Of a stretch of DNA of 64,000 nucleotides, positions 38,944 through 50,564 are shown piece after piece. Source of the DNA: Alphaproteobacteria bacterium (GTDB lineage: Bacteria > Pseudomonadota > Alphaproteobacteria > JBFXJJ01); NCBI GenBank assembly GCA_050175015.1, contig JBFXJJ010000012.1:22549-86548 (forward strand), written 5' to 3'. Each line of letters opens with the position of its first letter. The stretch's first letter is position 1. The notes under the pieces are model-generated. The model did not search any database. It was not told the DNA's origin and worked only from the letters and a program-made list of their open reading frames with translations. The position numbers were made by a program, and so were the translations under genes.

Positions 38944-40911
38944 ATGATATCTCACAGAGAAATGGCGAATGCGATAAGATTTTTAGCAATAGATGGTGTT
39001 CAAAAAGCAAATTCTGGACATCCTGGTATGCCTATGGGTATGGCAGATGTTGCAACTGTTTTATTTTCAAAATTTTTGAAATTTGATGCTTCAGATCCCC
39101 ATTGGTTTAATAGGGATCGTTTTGTTTTATCCGCAGGTCATGGCTCAATGCTGCTTTACAGCCTTTTATATCTCACAGGCTATAAAGATATAACATTGGA
39201 AGATTTAAAAAACTTTAGGCAGCTTGGAAGCAAAACAGCAGGACACCCTGAATATGGACACGTTGAAGGTGTTGAAACAACCACAGGTCCATTGGGACAA
39301 GGCATTGCAACAGCTGTTGGTATGGCTCTGGCAGAAAGAATGCTTGCTGTTCGTTTTGGTGAAAAAATTGTTGACCACCACACCTATGTTATTTGTGGCG
39401 ATGGCTGTTTGATGGAAGGCATCAGTGAAGAGGCAATCTCGCTTGCAGGTCATCTTAACCTCAGCAAACTTATTGTTTTGTGGGACGATAACGGGATAAC
39501 CATTGATGGTTCTACCTCTTTGGCAACATCTACCGATCAATTAAAGAGATTTGAGGCTTCTAACTGGAAAACGTTTAGAGTTGATGGTCATGATCCTGAA
39601 GAAATAGCAAAAGTTATAGCCGAAGCAAAAGATTCTGATCGCCCTTGTTTTATTGCTTGCAAAACCATTATTGGATATGGTTCTCCAAATTTGGCTGGCA
39701 CCGAAAAAACCCACGGTTCACCTTTGGGAGAACAGGAAATTGATGCAACCAGAAAATTGCTGGGCTGGGAACACGCTCCTTTTGAAGTTCCTGAAGATAT
39801 TGTTGAAGAATGGCGCAAGGCAGGCTCTAGAGGTAAAAAAGAAAAAGATGTTTGGGAAAAAGAGTTAGCTAAACTTGATGCTTCTTTAAAAACTGAATTT
39901 TTAAGAATGATGTCGGGAGAGCTTCCTGAAAATTGGCAGGAATCAATTACTAACTTCAAACAGAAATGTTTAGCCGATAAACCTAAAGTAGCAACTCGTA
40001 AAGCCTCAGAAATGGTTTTAGAAGCTATTGTTCCTGCTATTCCTGAACTTATCGGTGGCTCGGCTGATTTAACCCATTCAAATCTTACCAAAACTAAAGA
40101 TATGCAGCCTGTTCGTCCAGGTTCTTATTCTGGTCGTTATATCCATTACGGCATTAGAGAACACGGTATGGCAGCATTAATGAATGGTATGGCTCTGCAC
40201 AAAGGTTTTATTCCTTATGGTGGCGCCTTTTTTATTTTCTCTGATTATATGAAGCCTTCAATGAGACTCTCGGCTTTAATGAAACAGAGAGTTATTTATG
40301 TTTTAACACACGATTCTATTGGGCTTGGAGAAGATGGTCCAACCCATCAGCCAATTGAACAATTAGCAGCTCTTCGTGCTGTTCCTAATATGCTTGTTAT
40401 GCGTCCTTGTGATATTGTTGAAACCGCAGAATGCTGGGAAATAGCTTTGCAAAGCAAAGACAGACCTTCGGTATTGGTTCTTTCTCGTCAAAATCTTCCT
40501 CTTCTTAGAGATGCTATTGACGAAAATTTATCTTATAAAGGAGCATATGAAGTAAGAGCAGCTTCTGACAAGCACGATGTTACCTTGATTGCAACAGGCT
40601 CAGAAGTTGAGTTGGCTTTGAAAGCAAAAGAAATTTTAGAAAGCAAAGGCGTTGGTGCTTCTGTAGTTTCTATGCCTTCTTGGGAACTTTTTGCGGAGCA
40701 GCCTTTAGAATATCGTGAAAAGATTTTAGGCAAAGGAACATATAAAGTTGCTGTTGAAGCTCTTTCGACCTTTGGCTGGGAAAGATATGCCGATAAAGTT
40801 GTTGGTATGAATAGTTTTGGAGCATCTGCTCCCGCTTCCGAGCTTTATAAGCATTTTGGGATAACCCCTGAAGTTGTAGCTGAAGAAGCTATTTCAGGGT
40901 TAAAAAAATAA
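38944..40911 (+). CDS. tkt: Transketolase
   Basis: [47 protein letters not shown]. Confidence 0.98.
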   Translation: MISHREMANAIRFLAIDGVQKANSGHPGMPMGMADVATVLFSKFLKFDASDPHWFNRDRFVLSAGHGSMLLYSLLYLTGYKDITLEDLKNFRQLGSKTAGHPEYGHVEGVETTTGPLGQGIATAVGMALAERMLAVRFGEKIVDHHTYVICGDGCLMEGISEEAISLAGHLNLSKLIVLWDDNGITIDGSTSLATSTDQLKRFEASNWKTFRVDGHDPEEIAKVIAEAKDSDRPCFIACKTIIGYGSPNLAGTEKTHGSPLGEQEIDATRKLLGWEHAPFEVPEDIVEEWRKAGSRGKKEKDVWEKELAKLDASLKTEFLRMMSGELPENWQESITNFKQKCLADKPKVATRKASEMVLEAIVPAIPELIGGSADLTHSNLTKTKDMQPVRPGSYSGRYIHYGIREHGMAALMNGMALHKGFIPYGGAFFIFSDYMKPSMRLSALMKQRVIYVLTHDSIGLGEDGPTHQPIEQLAALRAVPNMLVMRPCDIVETAECWEIALQSKDRPSVLVLSRQNLPLLRDAIDENLSYKGAYEVRAASDKHDVTLIATGSEVELALKAKEILESKGVGASVVSMPSWELFAEQPLEYREKILGKGTYKVAVEALSTFGWERYADKVVGMNSFGASAPASELYKHFGITPEVVAEEAISGLKK

Positions 40912-40945
40912 AATAATTTAGAAACTTTTAAGGAGAAAAAAAACA

Positions 40946-41995
40946 ATGGCAATAATTACAATGCGTCAGATTTTAGACCATGCCGCAGAAAATAGTTATG
41001 GCGTACCAGCTTTTAATATCAACAACATGGAGCAAATGCTTGCAGTATTAAAAGCTGCTAAAAAAGTAGATTCGCCTGTTATTTTACAAGCCAGCAGAGG
41101 TGCAAGAACTTACGCAGGTGATATTATGTTGCAAAAAATGGTTGAAGCCGCAGTTATGATGTATCCAGAACTTCCAATCTGTATGCACCAAGATCACGGC
41201 AACAGCTTAGCAACCTGCGCTGGCGCTTTATGCCACGGTTTTACTTCTGTTATGATGGACGGTTCTTTGGAAGCTGACGGCAAAACACCTTCTAGTTTTG
41301 AATACAATGCCAAAGTTACAAAATCGGTAGTCGAATTAGCTCACAGCGTTGGTGCTTCTGTTGAAGGTGAAATCGGCGTTTTAGGTTCTCTTGAAACGGG
41401 TAAAGGCGACAAAGAAGATGGTCATGGTTTTGAAGGTAAACTTGATAAAGAAAAACTCGTAACCGATCCTAATGAAGCTGCTGAATTTGTTAAACAAACA
41501 GGAGTTGATGCCTTAGCTGTTGCTATTGGTACTTCACACGGAGCTTATAAGTTCACAAGAAAACCAACAGGCGATATTTTAGCTATTGATGTTATTAAGA
41601 AAATTAATGAAAAAATTCCAAACACCCACCTTGTTATGCACGGAGCTTCTTCTGTTCCTCAAGAACTTCTTGATATCATTAACGAATACGGTGGTGATAT
41701 GCCTCAAACATTTGGTGTTCCAGTTGAAGAAATCGTAAAAGGCATTAAAAGCGGTGTTCGCAAAGTTAATGTTGATACCGACAGTCGTATGGCTATTACT
41801 GGAGCTATCCGCAAAGTTTTTGCAACCAAAAGAAGTGAATTTGATCCAAGAAAATATCTTGCTCCTTCAATTGATGCTATGCAGAAAGTTTGTGAAGAAA
41901 GATATCAGCAGTTTGGTTCAGCAGGAAATGCGTCTAAGATTAAATCAATTTCTCTTGCTGATATGGCAAAACGTTACGCTGATGCCAAAAAATAA
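40946..41995 (+). CDS. fba: Fructose-bisphosphate aldolase class II (CbbA-type)
   Basis: [38 protein letters not shown]. Confidence 0.96.
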   Translation: MAIITMRQILDHAAENSYGVPAFNINNMEQMLAVLKAAKKVDSPVILQASRGARTYAGDIMLQKMVEAAVMMYPELPICMHQDHGNSLATCAGALCHGFTSVMMDGSLEADGKTPSSFEYNAKVTKSVVELAHSVGASVEGEIGVLGSLETGKGDKEDGHGFEGKLDKEKLVTDPNEAAEFVKQTGVDALAVAIGTSHGAYKFTRKPTGDILAIDVIKKINEKIPNTHLVMHGASSVPQELLDIINEYGGDMPQTFGVPVEEIVKGIKSGVRKVNVDTDSRMAITGAIRKVFATKRSEFDPRKYLAPSIDAMQKVCEERYQQFGSAGNASKIKSISLADMAKRYADAKK

Positions 41996-42022
41996 AATTT
42001 AAACGAAAGGTTTTGATATATT

Positions 42023-42664
42023 ATGACCGTCAAAGTAGCACCAAGTATTCTTTCAGCTGACTTTTCCAAATTGGGAGAAGAGGTTAGGGCAATAGATGAA
42101 GCTGGTTGTGACTGGGTTCATATCGATGTTATGGACGGTCATTTCGTTCCTAATATAACAATAGGTCCCAATGTAGTTAAGTCATTAAGACGCTATACTC
42201 AAAAGGTTTTTGATGTTCACTTAATGATTGAGCCTGTTGAACCTTTTATTGATGCATTTGCTTCAGCTGGAGCTGATATTATAACTGTTCATGCTGAAGC
42301 AGGGCATCACTTAGACAGGTGTCTGCAAAAGATTAAATCTTTAGGAAAAAAAGCAGGAGTTTCACTTAACCCTGCAACACCAGAATCTTGTTTAAAATAT
42401 GTTCTTGATAAAATTGATTTAGTATTAATTATGACAGTTAATCCAGGCTTTGGCGGTCAAGAATTTATTGAAGCCCAGCTTGAAAAAATAGCATCTGTTA
42501 AAGATATTATTGGTGATAGAAATATTGATATTGAGGTTGATGGCGGTATCAATGCTTTTACCGCAGCTAAATGTATATCGGCAGGGGCAAATGTTCTTGT
42601 CGCAGGCAATGCTGTTTTTAAAGGTGGAAATTACCAAGTAAACATCGATGCTTTGAGAGTTTAA
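42023..42664 (+). CDS. rpe: Ribulose-phosphate 3-epimerase
   Basis: [39 protein letters not shown]. Confidence 0.97.
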   Translation: MTVKVAPSILSADFSKLGEEVRAIDEAGCDWVHIDVMDGHFVPNITIGPNVVKSLRRYTQKVFDVHLMIEPVEPFIDAFASAGADIITVHAEAGHHLDRCLQKIKSLGKKAGVSLNPATPESCLKYVLDKIDLVLIMTVNPGFGGQEFIEAQLEKIASVKDIIGDRNIDIEVDGGINAFTAAKCISAGANVLVAGNAVFKGGNYQVNIDALRV

Positions 42665-42684
42665 ATTCTTTAAAGAGGTTATTT

Positions 42685-43431
42685 ATGAAAAAATCAGTGC
42701 TTATAATTGAAGATGAATCTGCATTAGTAACAATGCTTAGCTATAATCTGGAAAAAGAAGATTATACGGTTATCTCTGCGGGAGATGGCGAAAAAGGCAT
42801 TACTATGGCAGTTGCTCAAAAGCCATCTATCATTTTACTGGATTGGATGCTTCCTGGTATTAGCGGAATCGATGTTTGCCGTAAATTAAGACAGCGTAAT
42901 GAAACCAAAGATATTCCAATTATTATGCTTACAGCAAGAGGCGAGGAAGCTGATAAAGTAAAAGGTCTTAGCGTCGGAGCCGATGACTATATGACCAAAC
43001 CACTTTCTGTTCCAGAGCTTTTGGCAAGAATCACGTCGGTTCTTAGAAGAACACAAAACGTCGCTCAAAAAGGCGAGCTTGTTTTTGATGATATTGTTAT
43101 GGATTTAACAACGCATAGAGTAACAAGAGGCAGCCGTTATATTCATCTTGGACCTACTGAATTTCGTCTTTTGCAATATTTGATGGAACGACCTGGTGTC
43201 GTTTTCTCAAGAGAAGAGCTTTTAACCTATGTATGGGGAGCTGATATTCACGTTGAAATAAGGACGGTTGATGTCCACGTTAGACGTCTTAGAAAGTCTC
43301 TTAATGAAAAAGGAGAAGCCGATGTTATCAGAACAGTTAGAGCTACAGGTTATTCTATCGATCACGATGCTGTCAGCAATTCTGATGAAGGGTTTGATGA
43401 CGATGAAGTCATTGAAGATGCAGCTGATTAG
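42685..43431 (+). CDS. phoB: Phosphate regulon response regulator
   Basis: LDWMLPG, LTARGEE.D, LGPTEFRLL, RTVDVHVRRLRK; extra acidic C-terminal tail. Confidence 0.9.
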   Translation: MKKSVLIIEDESALVTMLSYNLEKEDYTVISAGDGEKGITMAVAQKPSIILLDWMLPGISGIDVCRKLRQRNETKDIPIIMLTARGEEADKVKGLSVGADDYMTKPLSVPELLARITSVLRRTQNVAQKGELVFDDIVMDLTTHRVTRGSRYIHLGPTEFRLLQYLMERPGVVFSREELLTYVWGADIHVEIRTVDVHVRRLRKSLNEKGEADVIRTVRATGYSIDHDAVSNSDEGFDDDEVIEDAAD

Positions 43432-43685
43432 CCGGGTAGACTAGGACATATTTCATTTATTTATCTGCAAATTAACGTTCTTAAAAAAAGAACTTTAAGG
43501 ATTTTTAAGGATTTTTTCAAAAAATCCTTAATCTGCGAAGCAATTTCAAATAATTAAATTACATACATTATTCTAATCATACTTTGTTTATTTTGTCTTA
43601 CGGCAAATCTTAACAAGTAAGTTTTTACTTTTGTAAAAGTAAAATCAAAACTTTTTTAAAAAATACTTAACCCCTGCGTAATTGT

Positions 43686-44855
43686 TTACTGCATAGCAGC
43701 ATTTGCTAAATTCTGAGTATTTATCTGTCGTCTTTTGGCAATAATTCTCAAGGATTTTTCTATTTCAGGGTTTTCATCAAGAATTTTATGAAAATCTTCA
43801 GCTTCCAACATCAATAATTGCGTGTTGGCGATTGCAAGGACATCGGCATTGCGTTTCTTGTTTTCTTCAAGCATTTCCATCTCACCAAAAAAACTGCCGC
43901 TTCTAAGACGTACAGGGTAGAATTTAGTTCTAACTTCAACCGAGCCATCAACAATGAAATACATACTTCTGCCAACATCACCTTCTTTAACGATGTATTC
44001 TCCAGCCCCAGCAAATTTTGGTTTTAAAACACTGGCAATTTCAGCAATAACAGCGGCATCTAATTGGCTTAAGAGAGGCATTCTGGCAACAAGGTTCCAG
44101 GTAACAACAAAGTCACGTTTTTTAGCTTCTTGAGCAAAAGTGGAGGCTAAAACGCCAGCTGGAATGGCAAACATACAAAAACCCATCATTGTTGCAATGC
44201 CTCCAAGTACTCTTCCCACTTCGGTAACTGGGACGATATCACCGTAACCAACCGTTGTTATGGTAACTATGCCCCACCAAAAAGCATCTTGAATTGTTCT
44301 AAGTTTCTCTGGCTGAACATCTTTTTCTAAGTAAAAAAGCATAGTTGAGATGAAGATAAGTAGGATAAGCATAAAAATGCCAGCGCTTTCTAAAACTCTT
44401 TTTTCCGCTTTTATAGCATCAGTCAGAGTTGAAAGAGCCGTTGAATAACGCAGCATTTTAAAAACACGAAAAGGGCGGAGGAGTGTTAAGTCTATTCCCA
44501 AAATGATTTTAAGATAAAAAGGCAGTATAGCCATAGTATCAATAATGCCAAATAATGAAAACAAATGCCTTATTCGTCCTTTTATCGGATGTTGAAAACG
44601 ATCTTTGCGGTTTTCTATGCAAGCCCAAGTTCTAAGGAAATGTTCAAAAGTATATATTGCAACAACGCCAACATCTGTCAGTTTCAAAATTATCTTAGCA
44701 TTATTTGATAAGTCAGTTTGGGTTGCGGCAATCATTGATATCGCATCAATGATAATTGTAAAAATAATAAAGCGGTTAAACGATGATGCTCTTCTTTTAG
44801 AGGGGTCACTGGTGTCTACAATATTATAAATTTTGTTTCTTAGGGAGAGACTCAT
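43686..44855 (-). CDS. Cyclic-nucleotide-gated potassium channel (6 TM plus cNMP-binding domain)
   Basis: S4-like LLRPFRVFKMLRY, TTVGYGD filter, FFGEM...RNADV. Confidence 0.92.
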   Translation of the reverse strand: MSLSLRNKIYNIVDTSDPSKRRASSFNRFIIFTIIIDAISMIAATQTDLSNNAKIILKLTDVGVVAIYTFEHFLRTWACIENRKDRFQHPIKGRIRHLFSLFGIIDTMAILPFYLKIILGIDLTLLRPFRVFKMLRYSTALSTLTDAIKAEKRVLESAGIFMLILLIFISTMLFYLEKDVQPEKLRTIQDAFWWGIVTITTVGYGDIVPVTEVGRVLGGIATMMGFCMFAIPAGVLASTFAQEAKKRDFVVTWNLVARMPLLSQLDAAVIAEIASVLKPKFAGAGEYIVKEGDVGRSMYFIVDGSVEVRTKFYPVRLRSGSFFGEMEMLEENKKRNADVLAIANTQLLMLEAEDFHKILDENPEIEKSLRIIAKRRQINTQNLANAAMQ

Positions 44856-44923
44856 CGTTTTTTGATGCCTTAATTTGTTTTTATTTATTTATATTAAAAG
44901 ATTGTGGGTAGGTAAACTTGTTT

Positions 44924-45751
44924 TTAAGGTTGAAATCCTCTTGCTATAATAGATATATCAAGAGCATCTATTCTGGACGTGTCGATTCCAGAAAGAGACA
45001 CAATTTCCTTAATATGTTCTTTAGAAGATTTTGCCCATTTATTGTCTTTATCAGCTTTTTTTATGATTTGTTTAAAAATTGCAATCGCTTTTCTTTCGTC
45101 ATTACGCTGCCACTTTGCTAATGCCATAAAATAAGACGCTTTTAGGTTGTCTCTGTCTTTTCTAAGGGCAGACATAAAATTTCTGATTGCCTCGGCTGTT
45201 ATTTTGCCGTTTTGCTTAATAACAAGAGCTTCTCCTAAATCAGCATAGATATCAGCATCATTTTCATTAAACTTTATAGCTTTATGGAAAGCGTCAATAC
45301 TAGCATCATAATCCTCAGCCATAAAAAGAACTTGAGCCAGCCACTTCCAGTCCTTGCCATTTTCTGAATTTTTTTGAATTCTGTCCATAAGCATAGAAGC
45401 GATTAGAAGATATTGCTGTTTTTGGTTTTTCTTAGCTTCAAGACGCTTGATTAAGGGCTGATTGGCATAATTATAATCGCCGTTTGCAAGATAAACTGAG
45501 AAACTGCCAATGAAGATAAAAGAGATTAATATGGTTAAAAAACGAGCCTGATGACTAATGTTATGTTTGATAAAAGTAATAAAGGTTTCTTTTTTTGAGG
45601 TTTTGATGCTTAAAGAAAGCTGTGGAGTATGGTCTTTTAATTCTTCCCAAAAGGTTTTAAAGCCGCCGTCAGCAATAAATGTTGTCCATAATGGAGCAAA
45701 AGCAGTGCTTAATGTTAAAACGAATATAATTAAAGCAAGAATAAAAAACAT
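44924..45751 (-). CDS. ccmI: CcmI/CycH-like TPR membrane protein, divergent
   Basis: N-terminal TM ending in PLW, second TM, TPR-like W..LA...A..A / LGEAL; downstream of ccmF-ccmH. Confidence 0.7.
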   Translation of the reverse strand: MFFILALIIFVLTLSTAFAPLWTTFIADGGFKTFWEELKDHTPQLSLSIKTSKKETFITFIKHNISHQARFLTILISFIFIGSFSVYLANGDYNYANQPLIKRLEAKKNQKQQYLLIASMLMDRIQKNSENGKDWKWLAQVLFMAEDYDASIDAFHKAIKFNENDADIYADLGEALVIKQNGKITAEAIRNFMSALRKDRDNLKASYFMALAKWQRNDERKAIAIFKQIIKKADKDNKWAKSSKEHIKEIVSLSGIDTSRIDALDISIIARGFQP

Positions 45752-45766
45752 ATTTGAAAAACCTTG

Positions 45767-46087
45767 TTACTTAAAATTAGATTTGGGCGTTTTGTTATAA
45801 ATTCTTAAGATTATATAAGCAAAAAACAAAGAAACGAGAATAGGAACAAGCCAAATTAAACCAGAAAAAATTTCAAAAGAATTATCAGCTTTTAGATAAA
45901 TAAATTCAGAATAGTTTTGCAGCATATATGCTGTGATATCGTCATCACTAGCACCCTTATTATATAAGGTGGTGATAATTTTTTTTAATTCTGTTGCAAT
46001 AGGAATATTAGTTTCAAGCAAGGAAACATCACCACAGGCTTGGCATATAAAATTAGAAAATAATTCAGTCAAATGTTCTTGATTCAT
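45767..46087 (-). CDS. ccmH: CcmH/CycL-like protein, divergent
   Basis: CQAC at the LRCxxC position, G.SD..I..Y....Y.EF, LIW.VP TM helix; overlaps the ccmF stop. Confidence 0.75.
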   Translation of the reverse strand: MNQEHLTELFSNFICQACGDVSLLETNIPIATELKKIITTLYNKGASDDDITAYMLQNYSEFIYLKADNSFEIFSGLIWLVPILVSLFFAYIILRIYNKTPKSNFK

Positions 46088-48003
46088 TTTAAAGATAAAG
46101 TCTTCCTAAAAATTAATAAGCCGCTAATTAGCATTAAAACTAATCCAAGATGCAGCCAAAGAGCGCACGGTTTTGACATTAGTCTTACTTCAATATTGCC
46201 ATAACTATCAGGATTGGTTGCATAAATTTTTATATCCCCTATAAATCCCCTATAAATCGCGGCTTTATGAGATATTTGTTTAAGTTGTTTATGTAAACGC
46301 AGTTCGGAGGTTACCTTTTGCGCGGCACCCCAAGGATTGGTAAGTTCAAAATTGAAGGCTGATCCAAGATAATCTTTGTTTTTTAATGGCGTAATACTTT
46401 TAAGCTCAATTGAAAGATTTTCATACTTAATATCATCGGTTAAGTCGATTGAAAACAAGGCTTCTTTTTTATATGAAGCCATTAAGGTTCCAGATATTAT
46501 AACCAGCACTAACCCTGATTGAAATATGGAAATAAAAAGCCTCCAAGTGTCTATATTCTTGTCATTATTAAGTTTGTAGTTTTTGTTAACAATGTTTTTT
46601 AAGCAAGCACCTAAGGCAGCAAGGCATAGAAAAATATCAAGAGAAAAAAACAAAGTTTTAATAAAGCTTTTATGAGGACTGAAGTTGGCGGCGATAACCG
46701 CGGCTAGTAGAGATAGCCCTAAGATTATGCTCTCATTATGAATAAGTTTTTTGGCAGTTAACGTTGGCTTTTGGATATTGAAGAAGAATATTATTGAAAC
46801 AATAATGCCAATAAATGGTGCCAACGAAAAATTATAAAAATCATCACTTAAATAGCCGATATTAGTTTTCAAAATAAAACTTAAAGCTGAAGGATAAACA
46901 GCTGCAAAAAACAAAATGCCTGCAATCGTACATAGAGAAAAAGAAGATATTACAGCCAAGCCTTGATAGGAGAAAATATAGATATCTTTATCCTCTTTAA
47001 CAAAATGGTTTTGTTTTTTTATAAATGTTATAACTCCGATTAAAACTGGCAATAATAATAAAATTAAAAGAGGAGTTTTGCTTAAAGGGTAGATTTGAAA
47101 CGGGTTGCTGGCAAAAATTTTTACTTTTAACGAAAAGAGGCTGAATAAAATAAAAAAGAAAGAGGTTAGAGATAAAACCAAAGAATATTTATAAAGACAG
47201 TTTTTGGTAATATTAACATATAAAATTAGGCTTAAGGCAAGAAGAGCTGTAACTATGGTTAAAATAGAAGTAGCTATAGAGTTCCAATTCCACCACGACA
47301 ACCAACCAATATTATTATAATTCCACAAAATTAGTAAGATAAGAGCGCTTAAAAAGATTAGAGTTAGGCAAAGGGTTATAGGAAAGGATATTTTTTGCCA
47401 CTCTTGTTTGCTTTTCTCAAATAGGGAAGAAACCGTGAAAGCAAAAAGAAAAAAGCCTAGAGCGTATCCAAAGTAGAGAAATAGGGGAATAAAAATGGTT
47501 ATTTGGTTTTGAAGATTAATGTTTATGCCTATGCCGTTATCAGGAAGATTCAGACTTCTAGCAAAGGGATTAGCAAAGAAAAAAGTATATAAGCTTATAA
47601 TAAAGATTAAAAAGCTTATAATACTGTAAGTTCTTGTGCTTAGAAAAAAATCAAGCTTTTTAAAAACGAAAGAACTAAAGTAGCTTATAATGCTAAGAAA
47701 AAGCAAAAGAAGCATAAATGAGCCGCTAGGAGATAAAAAAGCTGCCATAATGCGGTAAATTAAGTTGAGGTTTAACGCACTTCCAAAAACGACTTCTTTG
47801 ACGGAAAAATCAAGCCCAACAAAGGCACGAATAAAAGCAAAATTAATGAAGGTTGTTATTATTAAAAAAGCGAGCTGTCCAGAAAAAGAAACTTCCATAA
47901 ACTTAGGTTTTTTTTGTTTTAAGCCAATAATAGATGTTGTAAAAATTCCCAATGACAAGAAAATAGTCAGAGCAAGGGCAAAATTAGCTAGTTCAACCGA
48001 CAC
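46084..48003 (-). CDS. ccmF: CcmF-like heme lyase subunit with degenerate heme-binding residues
   Basis: DFSV, NPF.R, LQ..., LY.GY, eroded WWD motif GWLSWWNW, KP...W C-terminus; GTG start. Confidence 0.8.
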   Translation of the reverse strand: MSVELANFALALTIFLSLGIFTTSIIGLKQKKPKFMEVSFSGQLAFLIITTFINFAFIRAFVGLDFSVKEVVFGSALNLNLIYRIMAAFLSPSGSFMLLLLFLSIISYFSSFVFKKLDFFLSTRTYSIISFLIFIISLYTFFFANPFARSLNLPDNGIGININLQNQITIFIPLFLYFGYALGFFLFAFTVSSLFEKSKQEWQKISFPITLCLTLIFLSALILLILWNYNNIGWLSWWNWNSIATSILTIVTALLALSLILYVNITKNCLYKYSLVLSLTSFFFILFSLFSLKVKIFASNPFQIYPLSKTPLLILLLLPVLIGVITFIKKQNHFVKEDKDIYIFSYQGLAVISSFSLCTIAGILFFAAVYPSALSFILKTNIGYLSDDFYNFSLAPFIGIIVSIIFFFNIQKPTLTAKKLIHNESIILGLSLLAAVIAANFSPHKSFIKTLFFSLDIFLCLAALGACLKNIVNKNYKLNNDKNIDTWRLFISIFQSGLVLVIISGTLMASYKKEALFSIDLTDDIKYENLSIELKSITPLKNKDYLGSAFNFELTNPWGAAQKVTSELRLHKQLKQISHKAAIYRGFIGDIKIYATNPDSYGNIEVRLMSKPCALWLHLGLVLMLISGLLIFRKTLSLK

Positions 48004-48025
48004 GTTTGATTGTTCCTTTTTTCTT

Positions 48026-48301
48026 TTAGGTAAGAGAGTTGTATCTGTCCAGTTTTTTCATATCTTTTTTTAATTGCTTGTTGGGATCTGGTTTTTGCAT
48101 AATTTTGATTCCAAAGATAGGAAGCATAGAGCAAAAGCCCGCAGGAATAAATAGACTATTAATTAGAAAATAACCCACAATAATTAGACCATAAAAAATC
48201 ATACTAGAGCCAATAAAAACTTTGGCAATAATAACCGCTTTTGGTTGTTTGGGAGTATTACTGACATCAGTAAAAACTCTTGTTTTGCGATTATGCAACA
48301 T
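48026..48301 (-). CDS. Hypothetical small membrane protein
   Basis: Two hydrophobic segments; AGGAGA RBS upstream. Confidence 0.55.
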   Translation of the reverse strand: MLHNRKTRVFTDVSNTPKQPKAVIIAKVFIGSSMIFYGLIIVGYFLINSLFIPAGFCSMLPIFGIKIMQKPDPNKQLKKDMKKLDRYNSLT

Positions 48302-48479
48302 ACCAAAATTTTCTCCTAGAATGAAAAACAGCTTATGGTTTAAAAAATCTAAAAATAAAAAATCTGTTATTTTTGTGTTTAATAATACAATTATTATAGT
48401 TAATATAAGCTTTATAAGAAAGGTTATTATATATTTTTTTAACTAAAACAAGAGATTATTTATTTTAAGGAGCTCTAAA

Positions 48480-48866
48480 TTGGCAAAAGAAAACGTGGAA
48501 CAACAAGGTGATGAGAAACAACTAGTTATAAAACACGTAAGATCAAATCTTTATCGTGAGGTTCAGCCAGATAGTTTTCTAGCAACACAGCTAAGTGATG
48601 CTAACGGTTATTACATAAAAATGCTGGTTATGAGAAATGATATTAATGTTGTTTCTGAGACTCTTTGCGGAGAGTGGAACGGAGAAAGTATGGTTCAGTT
48701 TGATGAAAGTGTTGTAATCGAACAAAAACCAGTAAGAATCCAAGAGGTTTCATTAAGACTAACACCTCGTATGGCAGTTAATTTGCACGCTGCTCTATCA
48801 AGAGAGCTAGATGAATTGCCTCCTGAAATAATTAAACAATACGGAATTCAGAAAGAAGACAAATAA
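48480..48866 (+). CDS. Hypothetical protein (128 aa)
   Basis: AAGGAG RBS before a TTG start; globular composition. Confidence 0.7.
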   Translation: MAKENVEQQGDEKQLVIKHVRSNLYREVQPDSFLATQLSDANGYYIKMLVMRNDINVVSETLCGEWNGESMVQFDESVVIEQKPVRIQEVSLRLTPRMAVNLHAALSRELDELPPEIIKQYGIQKEDK

Positions 48867-48867
48867 T

Positions 48868-49443
48868 ATGCCTTACAAATCTCTTGATTCTTTTTTTGAT
48901 TGCTATCAAAGAAAGGGAAGATTTTCCTCATTTGATAATAATAAAGTAAAATATAGTAAGTTTAGGTATAACTTAACGTTTACTACTGATAGAAAACGTT
49001 GGCACAATAAGCCGTTATATCATAAAGGACTGCTTTCCAATTTGGACGGTCGTTCGGTTGCCATTATAGGTTTGTTTCAAGTTTTTATAACGGCTCTAAC
49101 TGCTGGTCTTGGCTTGATGTTCTTTCCACCGCTTGTGGTCGCAAAAATAGTGGCGCTTTGTGTTGCAATCGGAGCCTTTTTCTTAGGATCAGCATATCTT
49201 GTTGCCAATAAAAAAATGAATTCAGAATTTTTTACAGGCTGGAGTTGCCATAAATCAAGGCTGATTCTTGATTTTCTAATTCATCCTGAGGATATAAAGG
49301 ACGTTGCCAAGAAAAACTTTTTATCTAAAGAAAAAATAACGTATAAACCGTCATATTATATTTCTGCGAGGCGCTCATTGTTTGATAATGAATATCTTGC
49401 TCTTCCTAAGTCTAATAATTCTAAACAAGGAGACAATGCTTGA
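48868..49443 (+). CDS. Hypothetical basic membrane protein (2 TM)
   Basis: 1 nt after the upstream stop; overlaps the tgt start. Confidence 0.65.
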   Translation: MPYKSLDSFFDCYQRKGRFSSFDNNKVKYSKFRYNLTFTTDRKRWHNKPLYHKGLLSNLDGRSVAIIGLFQVFITALTAGLGLMFFPPLVVAKIVALCVAIGAFFLGSAYLVANKKMNSEFFTGWSCHKSRLILDFLIHPEDIKDVAKKNFLSKEKITYKPSYYISARRSLFDNEYLALPKSNNSKQGDNA

Positions 49444-50564
49444 TTTTTGATTTCACTGTTACTGCCCAAGACGGCAAAGCTAGATTAGGAAAAATAACAA
49501 CAGCTCACGGTGAAATTGAAACACCTGTTTTTATGCCTGTTGGTACCGTTGGTACGGTTAAAGGTATGCTTCCAGAAAATGTTGCATCAACTGGAGCCAA
49601 AATTATTTTAGGCAATACCTATCATTTAATGCTTCGCCCAGGGGCTGATATTGTTGAGGAAATGGGCGGACTTCATAAATTTATAAATTGGCCGGGACCT
49701 ATTTTAACGGATTCTGGGGGATATCAGGTTATGTCTTTGACTGCCCTTAGAAAAATGTCCGAAGATGGTGTGGTTTTTAACTCTCATATCGATGGTTCAA
49801 GGCATCTTCTTAATCCTGAAATATCAATAGATATTCAAAGAAAATTAGACTCGACTATAACGATGTCATTTGATGAATGTACGCCTTACCCTGCGACTAA
49901 AGAAGTTGCTGAAAGTTCTATGCTGCGTTCTATGAGATGGGCAAGGCGCTCTCGAGAAGCTTTTTGGGAGCGTGAAGGCTACGGCATTTTTGGTATAATT
50001 CAAGGAAGTGTTTTTCCTGACTTGCGAGAAGAGTCGGTTAAAAAATTAGTTGAAATAGGTTTTAACGGCTATGCAATTGGTGGTCTTGCTGTTGGTGAAG
50101 GTCAGGAGTTGATGTTTAAAACTATTGATGCAACAGAACCGTTTATACCAAAAAACAAGCCTCGTTATCTAATGGGTGTTGGAAAGCCAGATGATATTTT
50201 AGGTTCAGTCTTGCGTGGAGTTGATATGTTTGATTGTGTTCTGCCGACAAGGTCGGGAAGAACAGCCCAAGCGTTTACGGCAAGAGGCACGGTCAACTTA
50301 AAGAATAAAAGACATAAAAAAGATCCTAGACCGTTAGAAGAAGGGTGTAGTTGTCCTGCCTGCACAAAATACTCAAGAGCCTATATCCATCATCTGTTTA
50401 AAGCGGAAGAGATACTAGGAGCAGTTTTATTAACGTGGCACAACATAGCATATTATCAAAGATTAATGGCTGGTATTCGCCAAGCTATAGCTGAGAAAAA
50501 TTTAGAAAACCACGCAAAGTCTTTGTATGAAGGTTGGGCTGGCGGCGATATTGATGAAATATAA
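49440..50564 (+). CDS. tgt: tRNA guanosine(34) transglycosylase
   Basis: [49 protein letters not shown] zinc site. Confidence 0.97.
   Translation: MIFDFTVTAQDGKARLGKITTAHGEIETPVFMPVGTVGTVKGMLPENVASTGAKIILGNTYHLMLRPGADIVEEMGGLHKFINWPGPILTDSGGYQVMSLTALRKMSEDGVVFNSHIDGSRHLLNPEISIDIQRKLDSTITMSFDECTPYPATKEVAESSMLRSMRWARRSREAFWEREGYGIFGIIQGSVFPDLREESVKKLVEIGFNGYAIGGLAVGEGQELMFKTIDATEPFIPKNKPRYLMGVGKPDDILGSVLRGVDMFDCVLPTRSGRTAQAFTARGTVNLKNKRHKKDPRPLEEGCSCPACTKYSRAYIHHLFKAEEILGAVLLTWHNIAYYQRLMAGIRQAIAEKNLENHAKSLYEGWAGGDIDEI

Noticed and set aside
44924-48003. Calling ccmF/H/I (and likewise the PEPCK-like and DsbD-like genes) pseudogenes
   Set aside because: No frameshifts or internal stops and lengths close to canonical; reported as degenerate CDSs instead
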